Source: Ylistrum balloti (Eukaryota). Taken from it: a DNA stretch of 64,000 nt. Position numbers and translations under genes: made by a program. The DNA lies in contig NW_026782462.1 of NCBI RefSeq assembly GCF_031769215.1, forward strand, positions 1,116,001-1,180,000, written 5' to 3'. How positions within the stretch are numbered: position 1 is the first letter of the stretch; each line of letters starts with the position of its first letter. A model generated the notes under the pieces. That model was given only the letters and a program-made list of their open reading frames with translations, had not been told where the DNA came from and did not search any database. Of this stretch, positions 13,786-26,556 are shown piece by piece.

Positions 13786-16700
13786 ATCATTCGTCTCCCT
13801 CCCTATAAAACCTAACTTATGTTTATTATCAGAGAACAATTCATCTACCTCCCTGTAAACCACGCTTCCCTGTAAACCACGACATCTATTTATCATCAGA
13901 GAACCATTCATCTACTTCCCTGTAAACCACGACATCTATTTATTATCAGGGAACCATTCATCTACCTCCCTGTAAACCACGGCATCTATTTATTATCAGA
14001 GAACCATTCGTCTACTTCCCTGTAAACCACGACATCTATTTATCATCAGAGAACCATCCGTCTACTTCCCTGTAAACCACGACATCTATTTATCATCAGA
14101 TGACAATTCATCTACTTCCATGTAAACCACGACATCTATTTATTATCAGAGAACCATCCGTCTACTTCCCTGTAAACCACGACATCTATTTATCATCAAA
14201 TGACAATTCATCTACCTCCCTGTAAACCACGGCATCTATTTATCATCAGAGAACCATTCGTCTACTTCCCTGTAAACCACGACTTCTATTTATTATCAGA
14301 GAACCATCCGTCTACTTCCCTGTAAACCACGACATCTATTTATTATCAGGGAACCATCCGTCTACTTCCCTGTAAACCACGACATCTATTTATCATCAGA
14401 GAACCATTCGTCTACTTCCCTGTAAACCACGACATCTATTTATTATCAGAGAACCATCCGTCTACTTCCCTGTAAACCACGACATCTATTTATTATCAGG
14501 GAACCATTCATCTACTTCCCTGTAAACCACGACTTCTGGTTATTATCAGAGAACCATTCGTCTACTTCCCTGTAAACCACGACATCTATTTATTATCAGA
14601 GAACCATTCGTCTACTTCCCTGTAAACCACGACATCTATTTATCATCAAATGACAATTCATCTACCTCCCTGTAAACCACGGCATCTATTTATCATCAGA
14701 GAACCATTCGTCTACTTCCCTGTAAACCACGACTTCTATTTATTATCAGAGAACCATCCGTCTACTTCCCTGTAAACCACGACATCTATTTATTATCAGA
14801 GAACCATTCGTCTACTTCCCTGTAAACCACGACATCTATTTATCATCAGAGAACCATTCGTCTACTTCCCTGTAAACCACGACATCTATTTATTATCAGA
14901 GAACCATCCGTCTACTTCCCTGTAAACCACGACATCTATTTATTATCAGGGAACCATTCATCTACTTCCCTGTAAACCACGACTTCTGGTTATTATCAGA
15001 GAACCATTCGTCTACTTCCCTGTAAACCACGACATCTATTTATTATCAGAGAACCATTCGTCTACTTCCCTGTAAACCACGACATCTATTTATCATCAAG
15101 ATGACAATTCATCTACTTCCCTGTAAACCACGACATCTATTTATCATCAAATGACAATTCATCTACCTCCCTGTAAACCACGACATCTATTTATCATCAG
15201 ATGACAATTCATCTACTTCCCTGTAAACCACGACTTCTTTTTATCATCAGATGACAATTCATCTACTTCCCTGTAAACCACGACTTCTATTTATTATCAG
15301 AGAACCATCCGTCTACTTCCCTGTAAACCACGACTTCTGTTTATCATCAGATGACAATTCATCTACTTCCCTGTAAACCACGACTTCTGGTTATTATCAG
15401 AGAACCATTCGTCTACTTCCCTGTAAACCACGACTTCTATTTATTATCAGAGAACCATCCGTCTACTTCCCTGTAAACCACGACATCTATTTATTATCAG
15501 AGAACCATTCATCTACTTCCCTGTAAACCACGACTTCTGTTTGTTATCAGAGAACCATTCGTCTACTTCCCTGTAAACCACGACTTCTGTTTATTATCAG
15601 AGAACCATTCGTCTACTTCCCTGTAAACCACGACTTCTGGTTATTATCAGAGAACCATTCGTCTACTTCCCTGTAAACCACGACTTCTGGTTATTATCAG
15701 AGAACCATTCGTCTACTTCCCTGTAAACCACGGCATCTATTTATTATCAGAGAACCATTCATCTACTTCCCTGTAAACCACGACTTCTGTTTGTTATCAG
15801 AGAACCATTCGTCTACTTCCCTGTAAACCACGGCATCTATTTATTATCAGAGAACCATTCGTCTACTTCCCTGTAAACCACGGCATCTATTTATTATCAG
15901 AGAACCATTCATCTACTTCCCTGTAAACCACGACTTCTGTTTGTTATCAGAGAACCATTCGTCTACTTCCCTGTAAACCACGACTTCTGTTTGTTATCAG
16001 AGAACCATTCGTCTACTTCCCTGTAAACCACGACTTCTGGTTATTATCAGAGAACCATTCGTCTACTTCCCTGTAAACCACGACTTCTGGTTATTATCAG
16101 AGAACCATTCGTCTACTTCCCTGTAAACCACGGCATCTATTTATTATCAGAGAACCATTCATCTACTTCCCTGTAAACCACGACTTCTGTTTGTTATCAG
16201 AGAACCATTCGTCTACTTCCCTGTAAACCACGACTTCTGGTTATTATCAGAGAACCATTCGTCTACTTCCCTGTAAACCACGGCATCTATTTATTATCAG
16301 AGAACCATTCGTCTACTTCCCTGTAAACCACGACTTCTGTTTATTATCAGAGAACCATTCATCTACCTCCCTGTAAACCACGACATCTATTTATTATCAG
16401 AGAACCATCCGTCTACTTCCCTGTAAACCACGACATCTATTTATTATCAGAGAACCATTCGTCTACTTCCCTGTAAACCACGACATCTATTTATTATCAG
16501 AGAACCATTCATCTACCTCCCTGTAAACCACGACATCTATTTATTATCAGAGAACCATTCATCTACCTCCCTGTAAACCACGACATCTATTTATCATCAA
16601 ATGACAATTCATCTACCTCCCTGTAAACCACGACATCTATTTATTATCAGAGAACCATTCGTCTACTTCCCTGTAAACCACGACATCTATTTATTATCAG

Positions 16701-17259
16701 ATGACTATTCATCTACCTCCCTGTAAACCACGACATCTATTTATTATCAGAGAACCATTCGTCTACTTCCCTGTAAACCACGACATCTATTTATTATCAG
16801 ATGACTATTCATCTACCTCCCTGTAAACCACGACATCTATTTATTATCAGGGGAGCATTCGTCTACTTCCCTGTAAACCACGACATCTATTTATCATCAG
16901 AGAACCATTCGTCTACTTCCCTGTAAACCACGACATCTATTTATCATCAGAGAACCATTCGTCTACTTCCCTGTAAACCACGACATCTATTTATCATCAG
17001 AGAACCATTCGTCTACTTCCCTGTAAACCACGACATCTATTTATCATCAGAGAACCATTCGTCTACCTCCCTGTAAACCACGACATCTATTTATTATCAG
17101 AGAACCATTCGTCTACCTCCCTGTAAACCACGACATCTATTTATCATCAGAGAACCATTCGTCTACTTCCCTGTAAACCACGACATCTATTTATTATCAG
17201 AGAACCATCCGTCTACCTCCCTGTAAACCACGACATCTATTTATTATCAGGGGAGCATT
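13786..17259. repeat. 50-bp minisatellite array (about 69 copies)
   Basis: Unit CCCTGTAAACCACGACATCTATTTATTATCAGAGAACCATTCGTCTACTT with several recurrent variants. Confidence 0.98.
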
Positions 17260-17975
17260 AGTTCCCTGTATTCCATGTATTGTATGTCCAACTATCTGAG
17301 GTCCTTCTCGTCTTTGTTATGATGATATATAACAAACAAAATGCTGATATGATGAACAGAAATGTTTCTTTTTTTTCTTGTAAAGTGGCCGAATCTGGTC
17401 TCATGTTTTAAGCGATCTGAGTTAAACCGATGTCTTTCTAATTTATCTATTAAATTCTAAGAGATCACCGCGATGTCAGTCTCTATTTTAGCCAAAGCGG
17501 TCGAAGATGAGTCACAATCATTTTCATTATTATTTTTAAGAGGTCGGCGCTATGTCATAGGCTCTCTTTTTCTTTAAAGCATTTTTTCATAGTCTCTGTG
17601 TTTATAGTTATTATTTCATATGGATTTAAACTGCTGTAAATGTAAATAGTACCGAGAAAATCTGTACGATTCACACATGCAAGTGCAAACACTATAAAGG
17701 ATTGTGCACGGACAAAATGCACACGTGAACGACAGCTTTCAATAAAATATTGCAATCAAATATACCATAGAATAAGGATCCATTAAACTGAATCAAATAC
17801 TTCTGTCGTTTCGGGACTCATTATTGATGATGGACCGAAATTGCTAAACTTAGCGGATACTTTGGAAAATCAAAATTGGATGAAATAAATGTAAAAGACG
17901 AACCAATAGATATTGCAATATCCTATATTGAATAACTGTTTAAAAAATTATTTTTGCATGCACTGTTATATCGGC

Positions 17976-18075
17976 TTTTTTTTGTTCTTTTGATTTTTCT
18001 TTTTTTGTCTTTTTTTAACTTTTTTTTTTTTTTTTTTTTTTTTTTGTTTAGTTTCTTTTTATTCTATTTTTTTTT
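17976..18075. repeat. T-rich low-complexity tract
   Basis: Long poly-T runs. Confidence 0.9.
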
Positions 18076-18610
18076 TATAATATATAAGCATCATAATGTA
18101 TTCCTTTCGCATATGTATCCACTGTCCCTTCATCGGCATGATTCTCGATCCTCTATAATACATATACACATGACACCCACTACGCAAATGTATCTATTCC
18201 ATATGACAGAACCAGCTATTCTCTCTCAGTTGTTTTAATTAGGAGTGGTAAGATTACTAAAACCAGATCAATCACGCAGGTGTATTATGCACTTTAAAGT
18301 GATGTCAACTGTCTTTGATAAGAGAAATCAATGTGAAGTGAAGATGAACGAGGAAGACAGCTCTCCTCCCTTGGTGATGCATGCTTCTACAATACAAATT
18401 GTTTGGATTATATTTCAGTCTTCAGGGATATCTTCTTCATTTAGAACTATTAGAATTTCCGTCTAGGGTTCCCAACTCTTTAACTGCAGACTTGAAATAT
18501 TTGTTGTGTAAGCTGTGTATAACAGCTGGAGTTATGTGAAACATTCGACCACCTTATAAAAACATGCCTGTATAGGCTCTGAGACTTCAAATTGGTCCAG
18601 CTTATTTCAG

Positions 18611-18641
18611 ACACAGACTGGAAATGTCAAGTTATCTGTTG
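18611..18641 (+). CDS. Candidate 31-nt exon (TQTGNVKLSV or DTDWKCQVIC), gene unidentified
   Basis: CTTATTTCAG acceptor and G|GTAAGA donor. The frame is ambiguous. Confidence 0.25.
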
Positions 18642-19943
18642 GTAAGAACTCCGCATTTTTCTTATAAAACACGTTTTACTTGCAGGTAGCATCCGTCGCC
18701 CGTATATAGTCTTATTTTGATAGGTTACAAATATCGCTCAACACTCAGTGTCATATGTTATACAGTATCCACGTCTCTTAAATAGGGGCAAATGACCACT
18801 AATTTACTGTAAACCTACAAAATTATCACCCGCTTTCTCGAGAACTGGTCTGCTTAGGGCCATCTCTGAATATATTTACGTTGTCCCAATAAAGTTAAGT
18901 GTTCCGTATTTGATGAAATTACATTCATGATACATGCATGACTAGCCCGTGTAGACTATTTGGGGTACATCGTTGTACGTTTAAATATATGACCTAACGT
19001 TATTGACGTTAGTTTACGAGACTGGTTTCGGGGAAATACGTTGTTGCCAAAAACGGGCTCCGTGTACAATGGAATATATAATTGGTAATTGAGAGTCTGT
19101 CTAAGGATTCTCAGCATTGCCCCGAATACAATGTCTGCAGGTTAAAAACGTCAATACACATGGGCTGTTACATTACATTTGTTTGATCCAATATTTACCT
19201 CCACAGACCGCAAATCGTATTTCAAAGACGCTTCCTTTCCTTTCATTGCTTTCAAATTTGATTTTTGATATATCCACCGAATGAATGTATCTTGATTGAA
19301 AAGCGATAAGATTTCGAAGTAACTTTAAATGATACAATTTGTTCTATCGCCAATGTAAAAGACTGGGTGTGAGGCTGTGTATTATATTCAATATATTGAG
19401 GTTGACAATAATGTTGTTAGCCCTTGCATTGCCGACATTTTGATCCATATAGGTTAGCATCACTGGTCATACCTCGGGAAAAGCGCCTCCACACACTTCT
19501 ATAACGAGAACATAATCGGACGGATTGTCAATCCTTTTGTAGCAACTGATTATCATCAAGTCATTATGCATCTTAGCATGAGGACTTGCTCAGGGGTATC
19601 CAATCCTTGGCCAAAGTAATTTCTTTGCCGATCTCTTACCACTTGCTTTTTCCATTTTCATGATTGATATTTTAATTCTACATTTATATATTGTATACAA
19701 AATACCAAATGTGATCGAATACAGTACATCAACAGACGAAACTGTATGTGTATGATAAAAACAGATACGGTACACTACAAACCACTTTATACCACACATA
19801 AAGAAGCCCAGTAATTCCTTCTCTGTATAATTGATCTTGACATATCTGCTATATCTCCTTGTGGAGTTGTTTAGAATTGTACATCAGTTTGGGCGATGCT
19901 TGAAGCATCATTAACTTTCAATTCTGACTTTGTCCCTTTTCAG

Positions 19944-20014
19944 TTCCTGATTTACACCCACGAACGGAACTGGTGCACAACCAGGAAGCTACCTGCAATC
20001 TCAAGGTTTAACAG
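19944..20014 (+). CDS. Candidate 71-nt exon FLIYTHERNWCTTRKLPAISRFN, gene unidentified
   Basis: TTTGTCCCTTTTCAG acceptor and CAG|GTATGT donor. Only one frame is open over the whole length. Confidence 0.3.
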
Positions 20015-23000
20015 GTATGTTGTTTGCATTTGTAATCTCACATCTGACACCTCACAGTGTCAAAAGTTCAGCTATGATATCGACATCTATCTACTTGATT
20101 TATTATTATAGTATGTATGTGATAATACGGCTGTTCGTCTATGTGAATACACTTCAAAGACCTTGAGAACAGACGGTCTTCTATGTGTAAGAATTTAATC
20201 TTGAGTAAAGAGTGGCTAGGTTGATTTCGAAGCCAATAGGCACATCTTAAACATATATTTTCAGAAAGTAATGAAACAGATATGTTTACTTGTGGGGAAA
20301 GTTGGCACTTAACTGACATATAAACAGTTCACGAATATTACCATTCTTAATTCACATATGTTTAACGTTTCTGTAAATATCGGAAGACACGTGAAGTAGA
20401 AAAAGCATGTCATCCGTCTAACTGCGGAAAACTGATAAAATATATCTACATTATTAACAGTATGGGGTAAATAAACAAGACATTTTATCTAGTAACGTGT
20501 ACATAACAATCTAAAAATGTAGTTCTCTGGCAGATAATTAAATTTCAAAACATAACGACAAAACCTTTACAGTTACATAGCACAGCTCGACATCTTTTTG
20601 TGTCCGAAGTCAAAACATACTATATTTGCTGACTGTTCTCGTGATTTAAAGCCAAATTACATATCATGCGACATCGAATTGATTTTAAGTTTATCAATTA
20701 CTTTATATGAAAACCATCCATACAGCGGCGACTTTAAGTACAAAGTGCTTTTACTTTCTACTGTACTTATTATAAAATATTGCCAACTTGCACTGTATCA
20801 CCTCAACTCCATCAGCTTAGATCTGAAAATATGGAAGCACTTTTTAAAATAGAATGTATAAAGATATATACGCGATTTTAACACATTTTCACACGAAAGA
20901 AGAAGATGGGGACAGGGAAAGGGACGAGCTGTATATACTTATATGTAGCCAGTGGTATCAGCCACTATGATGTATGGCGTAGCACTCCGAAGTTCTCACG
21001 AGATATATTTTATGTTCTGTAAACGATCCCACAAGGCCCAAGCTTAGAGACAATCTCCATCCTTAAAGAACATCAATCACACAACTATTAGGCTAGAGAT
21101 GATGTACTCGTCATTGGCAAACTTGTGGTATTTAGTTCTCCAATACTGCAAAATTGATTTACTGTATTTCAATACAATAGGGGAAACAACTATAATTGAA
21201 TGTGAAAAGTGTCCAAACCTGTAATGAAATATTCAGTCTTGCCCTCGGTGCTCTACGATCCGTCATTTTATCGCCTAACAATGGTCATAAGGTGCGAGGT
21301 TTTCTAATAACACACAACAGTGACGTTTGTAAGATAAAAGACAGTATAAAAAACGATATCATTACAGTTTTAATTTAAGAAATATTCAAATATAATCCTG
21401 TCTTATCAAGACTTGTTTTACATTTCTTTATATGATTTTAAAGTCATTATTAGTCAACGCCGAGTTATTTGAAATCTTTAAATTGTTTTCTGTACATTAT
21501 GACCATTGAACTACTTCTCGTGTTAATGTGCGTGCGAGGCTGTGTTACTTAAGTAGCTATGTAAAACACATTCAGGAAAGACGTGTGTAAGACATAGCGG
21601 CATGATAGAAAAGACGCTATAATAGGCACTCGTTTTTATTATTATTATTTATTATTTTTGTTTTGTTTTGGTTTTATCGTAAATGACTAAAAATTCATTT
21701 GAGTTTCATTTGCTAATTATTTCCTTGATTATGGTGTTTGATTTCCCGATAATAACGCTGTCACAGTGCATGGTCAATATAATTATGAATCAAGTTTACA
21801 GGAAGAATCAGTTTTGACAGATGATATTGCAAAGCCTCCACGGACACGCTGATTAGATGTGTTGTATTTGTTTTAGATACAAGAAATCATTCCTTTTGAT
21901 CTCATGGTATAGTGAGTTCAGAATCAACATACTGATCATACTGATTGGATTGTTGACAATTTGACTTTTCTCGGGATAAGAATTCGGGATACATGTATTA
22001 TCAAATTATAATGATGTTAACGTCAGGCCACGGATAACGAAATGTATTAAATAGGATTGCCGCGTTTCCCATAGGAACATCCTAGAATGAGTATACACAA
22101 TACCATATACAAGTTTACCACATGAACATTGTCCGTGTGTATGATTGAGCTCAAAGAGCACCATAAAATACAAGATGGGTTTAAAAAACAATGAACAAAC
22201 AATGAATGTGAAAAAGTAATTAGATTGGTAAAGGTCATATACAAGATATATCAGTTGTAAAAGTTACAGGCACTGTTTTCATCAGGAATCGTGATTGTGA
22301 AGTCGATACAAAAAGTTAGAAAGAAAACGAAGGTGAAAAGTAAGTACAGAATGAAAAATGTGTCTGTCAGTATCAAAGCACCTTGTGATTCGGAAGTGTT
22401 TCTCTTATAGTAAATCCGGAATGTCAGGTTAAAAGGGTTTTTTTTTTCTCTAAGACTCATTACTATTTGGTGTTAGAATACCGTGTAGAATATTGCATCT
22501 TATCATAAAATAAGAAAACGGATATTCACGGATCATACGGTACTTTGTAACATAGGTAACATTTACAGATGACCACTCCACCGGACTATAACCATTGAAT
22601 CCCCTATACAATGTTACCTCTAACAAACCAGGAGAAGATAGAAAGCTGTCCCTGAAGAATGAGGTTTTGTCGCCATACTGAACATAGAATGAACTGCCTA
22701 AAATCTATAGCGAAGTTTTCAATCTTGAAAACAGATATCGTCATACCACATGAACTTAATAGCCATTACACATCAAACCTATATAAACTACATCATCAAT
22801 GTATACATTATTTCTTTACACACATTTGTCTTATAGCATAAATCACAAATACAACTTAAGGTTTCATTGTTAGGAATTCATGTTTTATTTCACCAAATAC
22901 AAATAAAAGTCCCGGTGTTATTACTTATTTCAATGCGCCTCGAGCATTGTAATGAAAACAAAGATGAAGTTCCATCTGGTATTTAAGGACGGAGTTTGGG

Positions 23001-23298
23001 CGTTCCTCGCATATATCCTCTCCGTATATATATTGGATCATCTGTTCGACTCAAGATGGCCAACAATAAACAGGGTAATAGGAGAGGTCCTTGAGACCAG
23101 ATCCGTCAGGAGGAAGTGGCTGGTGGGATATTCAGCTCCTCAAGCCCTAATGTCAGACCGTGTGTTACTTCGGCTGATTTATCACCTAAAGTACTTCTAA
23201 TTCATTTTATCTCCTGAAAATACTTCATATATTCCGAATCGACAGATTTGTCTAACACAGCCCCACTCTACAAGTGCTTGTTTCTGTCTTTCTCACAG

Positions 23299-23331
23299 TC
23301 CCTCTTACTGACGTTGCTGATTCTGATACTT
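23299..23331 (+). CDS. Candidate 33-nt exon (V)PLTDVADSDT, gene unidentified
   Basis: Strong TTTCTGTCTTTCTCACAG acceptor and a weaker GTAAAG donor. Symmetric phase 1-1. Confidence 0.25.
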
Positions 23332-23807
23332 GTAAAGGGATTTGTATGTGATAGTTCCCGCACACTACACAATATGTCGATATTATGCCTTTAAATATTT
23401 TTGTAAGATGCTTATGTGTAAGGACTTGCCTGTTCCCGTCCTCATTTACTCGAAAGTTCTTTATTATTTTACCAGAACAATAAACCCCATTCATCATTTA
23501 AGTATCTTTGAAGATCTCTACATGTATGTACTTTGTGCAAGTCACCTTCATTAATACCATATCGCCCCTCTATATTACTTCGCCTGTTTTTACTTTTGCG
23601 ATAAGATTGCCGGAAGTATGTAATATTTCAAGGATCGCGTTAAACTTTTTTCTACACTTTCATTTATGTAGATATTTAGATTGCTGTAATTATTTACAAA
23701 TATTGCTTAGCTTGTTCGTTATGTTATCAAATAAAAAAACATATTTAAACTTCAAAAGAAATATTATCTGTATTTTATTTATTTGCAATTTCATCGTTAT
23801 ATTTCAA

Positions 23808-23940
23808 NNNNNNNNNNNNNNNNNNNNNNNNNNNNNNNNNNNNNNNNNNNNNNNNNNNNNNNNNNNNNNNNNNNNNNNNNNNNNNNNNNNNNNNNNNNNN
23901 NNNNNNNNNNNNNNNNNNNNNNNNNNNNNNNNNNNNNNNN
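23808..23940. other. Assembly gap (133 N)
   Basis: Run of N characters. Confidence 1.
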
Positions 23941-24846
23941 GGGTGAAATAGATGTGATTATCTCCCCATCTAATTTCGCGTTGAGCACTCAGTGGGTTGT
24001 TGTTAAAGTGCCTGTAAATTAATTAATACTATCTGTAAGGGTTCTGAAAGTAGTGATTCCCCATGGTCGTCTTTGTCATTGGGCAGTTCAGACCTGCACA
24101 CTCTTCAAAAACTTTTATTTTTATTTATCAACACCAATAAGTTTAGTTCAGACGTTAAAATGACTTGTCAATTAGTAAAATTGAAGATAAATACACTCTG
24201 TCCCATCTCCTCCATCACGATGGAATTAGTTCATAGATATGACGATAAATGTCAGGTAGGGGGTCTTTGTTTATAAACAGACCTGTCATCGGTTCTGTAT
24301 CGGTTATAATTTGATTACAGTATTTTTCTCCCGTTGCCTTGACGTCGGATGTTTATCGATTTTAAATTTTGAAACCATCCGGAAAATAGCCATTTTGGAA
24401 CGGCCTTCTTCCCTAGAGTTATAGTGTCTGATACCACAGGCAACAAACTGAACAACAAATCTAAATACTTCTCATAATCAAATATCACAAGCTATCTTGT
24501 AAAATAAAACCTCAATAATTTCATGAAGTTCGACTTTAAAATAAATCAACGCATTTTGTTTTGCTTAGGCATACGGAAAAACGCGGCAAGTTCAAACCCA
24601 GTGTGTAAATCGGTAGCGTGGGAGTGATCCAAACCTACATAAATATGGCTACGTGGGAGACAAGGACAATTGGTTTAGAAGGTCATTGAAAGATATAAAG
24701 ATGAAAGAGTCCATTACAGCGGTATCACGGTGATGGTCGATGTAAAGCTACACCAATGCTTGCTTATATCTGATATTTTGTCTCTTTTGCATTGTTATCG
24801 AGAACATCCGCAAAAAGAAAACAAAAAAATTGAACATTTTCTATTA

Positions 24847-25460
24847 GTTGTGTTATAAGATGAAGGTGACCGTGTAGTCATCGAAACGTCACACTAATCT
24901 TCTACTGGTTGTGTTATAAGATGAAGGTGACTGTGTAGTCACCGAAATGTCACACTCTAATCTTCTACTGGTTGTGTTAGAAGGTAAAGGTGACCGTGTA
25001 GTCATCGTCACACTCTTATCTTCTACTGGTTGTGTTACAAGAAGAAGGTGACCGTGTAGTCACCGAAACGTCACACTCTTATCTTCAACTGGTTGTGTTA
25101 TAAGATGAAGGTGGCCATGTCGTCATCAAAACGTCACACTCTGATCTTCTACTGGTTGTGTTATAAGATGAAGGTGGCCATGTCGTCATCAAAACGCCAC
25201 ATTCTAATTTTCTACTGGTTGTGTTATAAGATGAAGGTGACCGTGTAGTTATCAAAACGTCACACTCTAATCTTCTACTGGTTGTGTTATAAGATGACGG
25301 TGACCGTATAGTTATCGAAACATCACACTGTAATCTTCTACTGGATGTGTGATAAGGTGAAGGTTACCGTGTAGTCACTGAAACGTCACACTCTGATCTT
25401 CTACTGGTTGTGTTATAAGATGAAGGTGACCATGTAGTTATCGATACATCACACTCTAAT
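24847..25460 (+). repeat. 63-bp array (10 copies) built from a degenerate Penelope-type minimal hammerhead motif
   Basis: Consensus GGTTGTGTTATAAGATGAAGGTGACCGTGTAGTCACCGAAACGTCACACTCTAATCTTCTACT. It contains GATGA-A, the stem GGTGAC/GTCACC, GAAACGTC and a GTGT/ACAC pairing. The array is certain and the HHR origin is an inference. Confidence 0.85.
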
Positions 25461-26556
25461 TGATATTATTGCCAGATATCTGTCGTGTACCCTCTGTGGA
25501 TATCTGTAACTTTGCCAGAATGTCTATCATAGACTGAGTATTTACCGTGTGCTGGATGTCAATAAGCTAGCTTCAGGACCGTCCAACGCTCTCGTGTCCT
25601 TGGAGAAGTCACTTTACCTCTGATTTCGTTGGATAGGAAGCGATGGACCTCTGTTATGTTGTTCAGAGAGGTAGCAAGGACATATCACCTCATAATGGCA
25701 TAATCTATTAACGAAGTAACTAACTGAGCCAGCAAACAAATGGTTTCGACACGCTGAGTCCAATTTATTATTTCAAAGTCTCTGATGGTTTTATGATGTC
25801 AGCTGTCGATCTATACTATACATGTTCTACTGTGTTATAATCACACAAGGTTAAGCCGACACTTAAATACGCTTTATGATATCTTTCGTTGTCACTTTTA
25901 TTCGACAGTCCCGTGCATATGATGTAAGCATGCACGTGCTGGGATGTATGGGTTTAACGAAGCATATTTTCACTGTTGATGCTGCCATTTGCCGGAGGTG
26001 TCATCGTTTCACATGATTAGTATTGTGGTAAAATGGTGAAGTTGCTGAAATAAAAGACGAGCGAAGATACTTGTTTCTCATTTAGATTATTCATCACTAT
26101 TTTAAAATGGTGATTCTAAGCTCGAGGTTATTAATCTGATTCACGAGACATTACACGGATCAATTCATATAACACAAATAACACACTGATATGCGTCTGT
26201 ATATTAAAAGATGTTATTCACGTGCATGTCTTTTGTATAGTTTTCAAGACAGGCAGTACATATGCCAACTAAAAGAAAAAATATCTCCTAACAGTCATGT
26301 GACATTTCTATCAATCACGCCTCTATACCTACTGCTGGTGTTCGGTCGGATCTTTTGGACTCGACTAGACGCAAAGACACAACGCATTGTATTGTCTGAT
26401 TATTAGCGGACGAGACTGGTAGGTGGAGACAAGTTGATTCTGGACCGATTGGTGTCGTGAGCGAGTATTTTAACACATGGTTGGTCGCTTAGGTTCAGGT
26501 TTTCCGTCTCCGTAACTCTTCCTAAAGAAGCATTGAGTCACCGACCAACGTCACTG

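Noticed and set aside
13786-17259. CRISPR-like regularity, and a CTGATGA...GAA motif on the minus strand of some units
   Set aside because: There are no unique spacers and no cas genes, and the context is eukaryotic. The motif lacks GAAA and a paired stem II.
17805-17842. TTTCGG...CCGAAA inverted repeat with a faint HHR-like word order on the minus strand
   Set aside because: The core is too diverged (ATAATGA), stem II 3' strand is missing, and I see no family flanks.
23508-24022. ORFs spanning the N run
   Set aside because: They are artefacts of the assembly gap.
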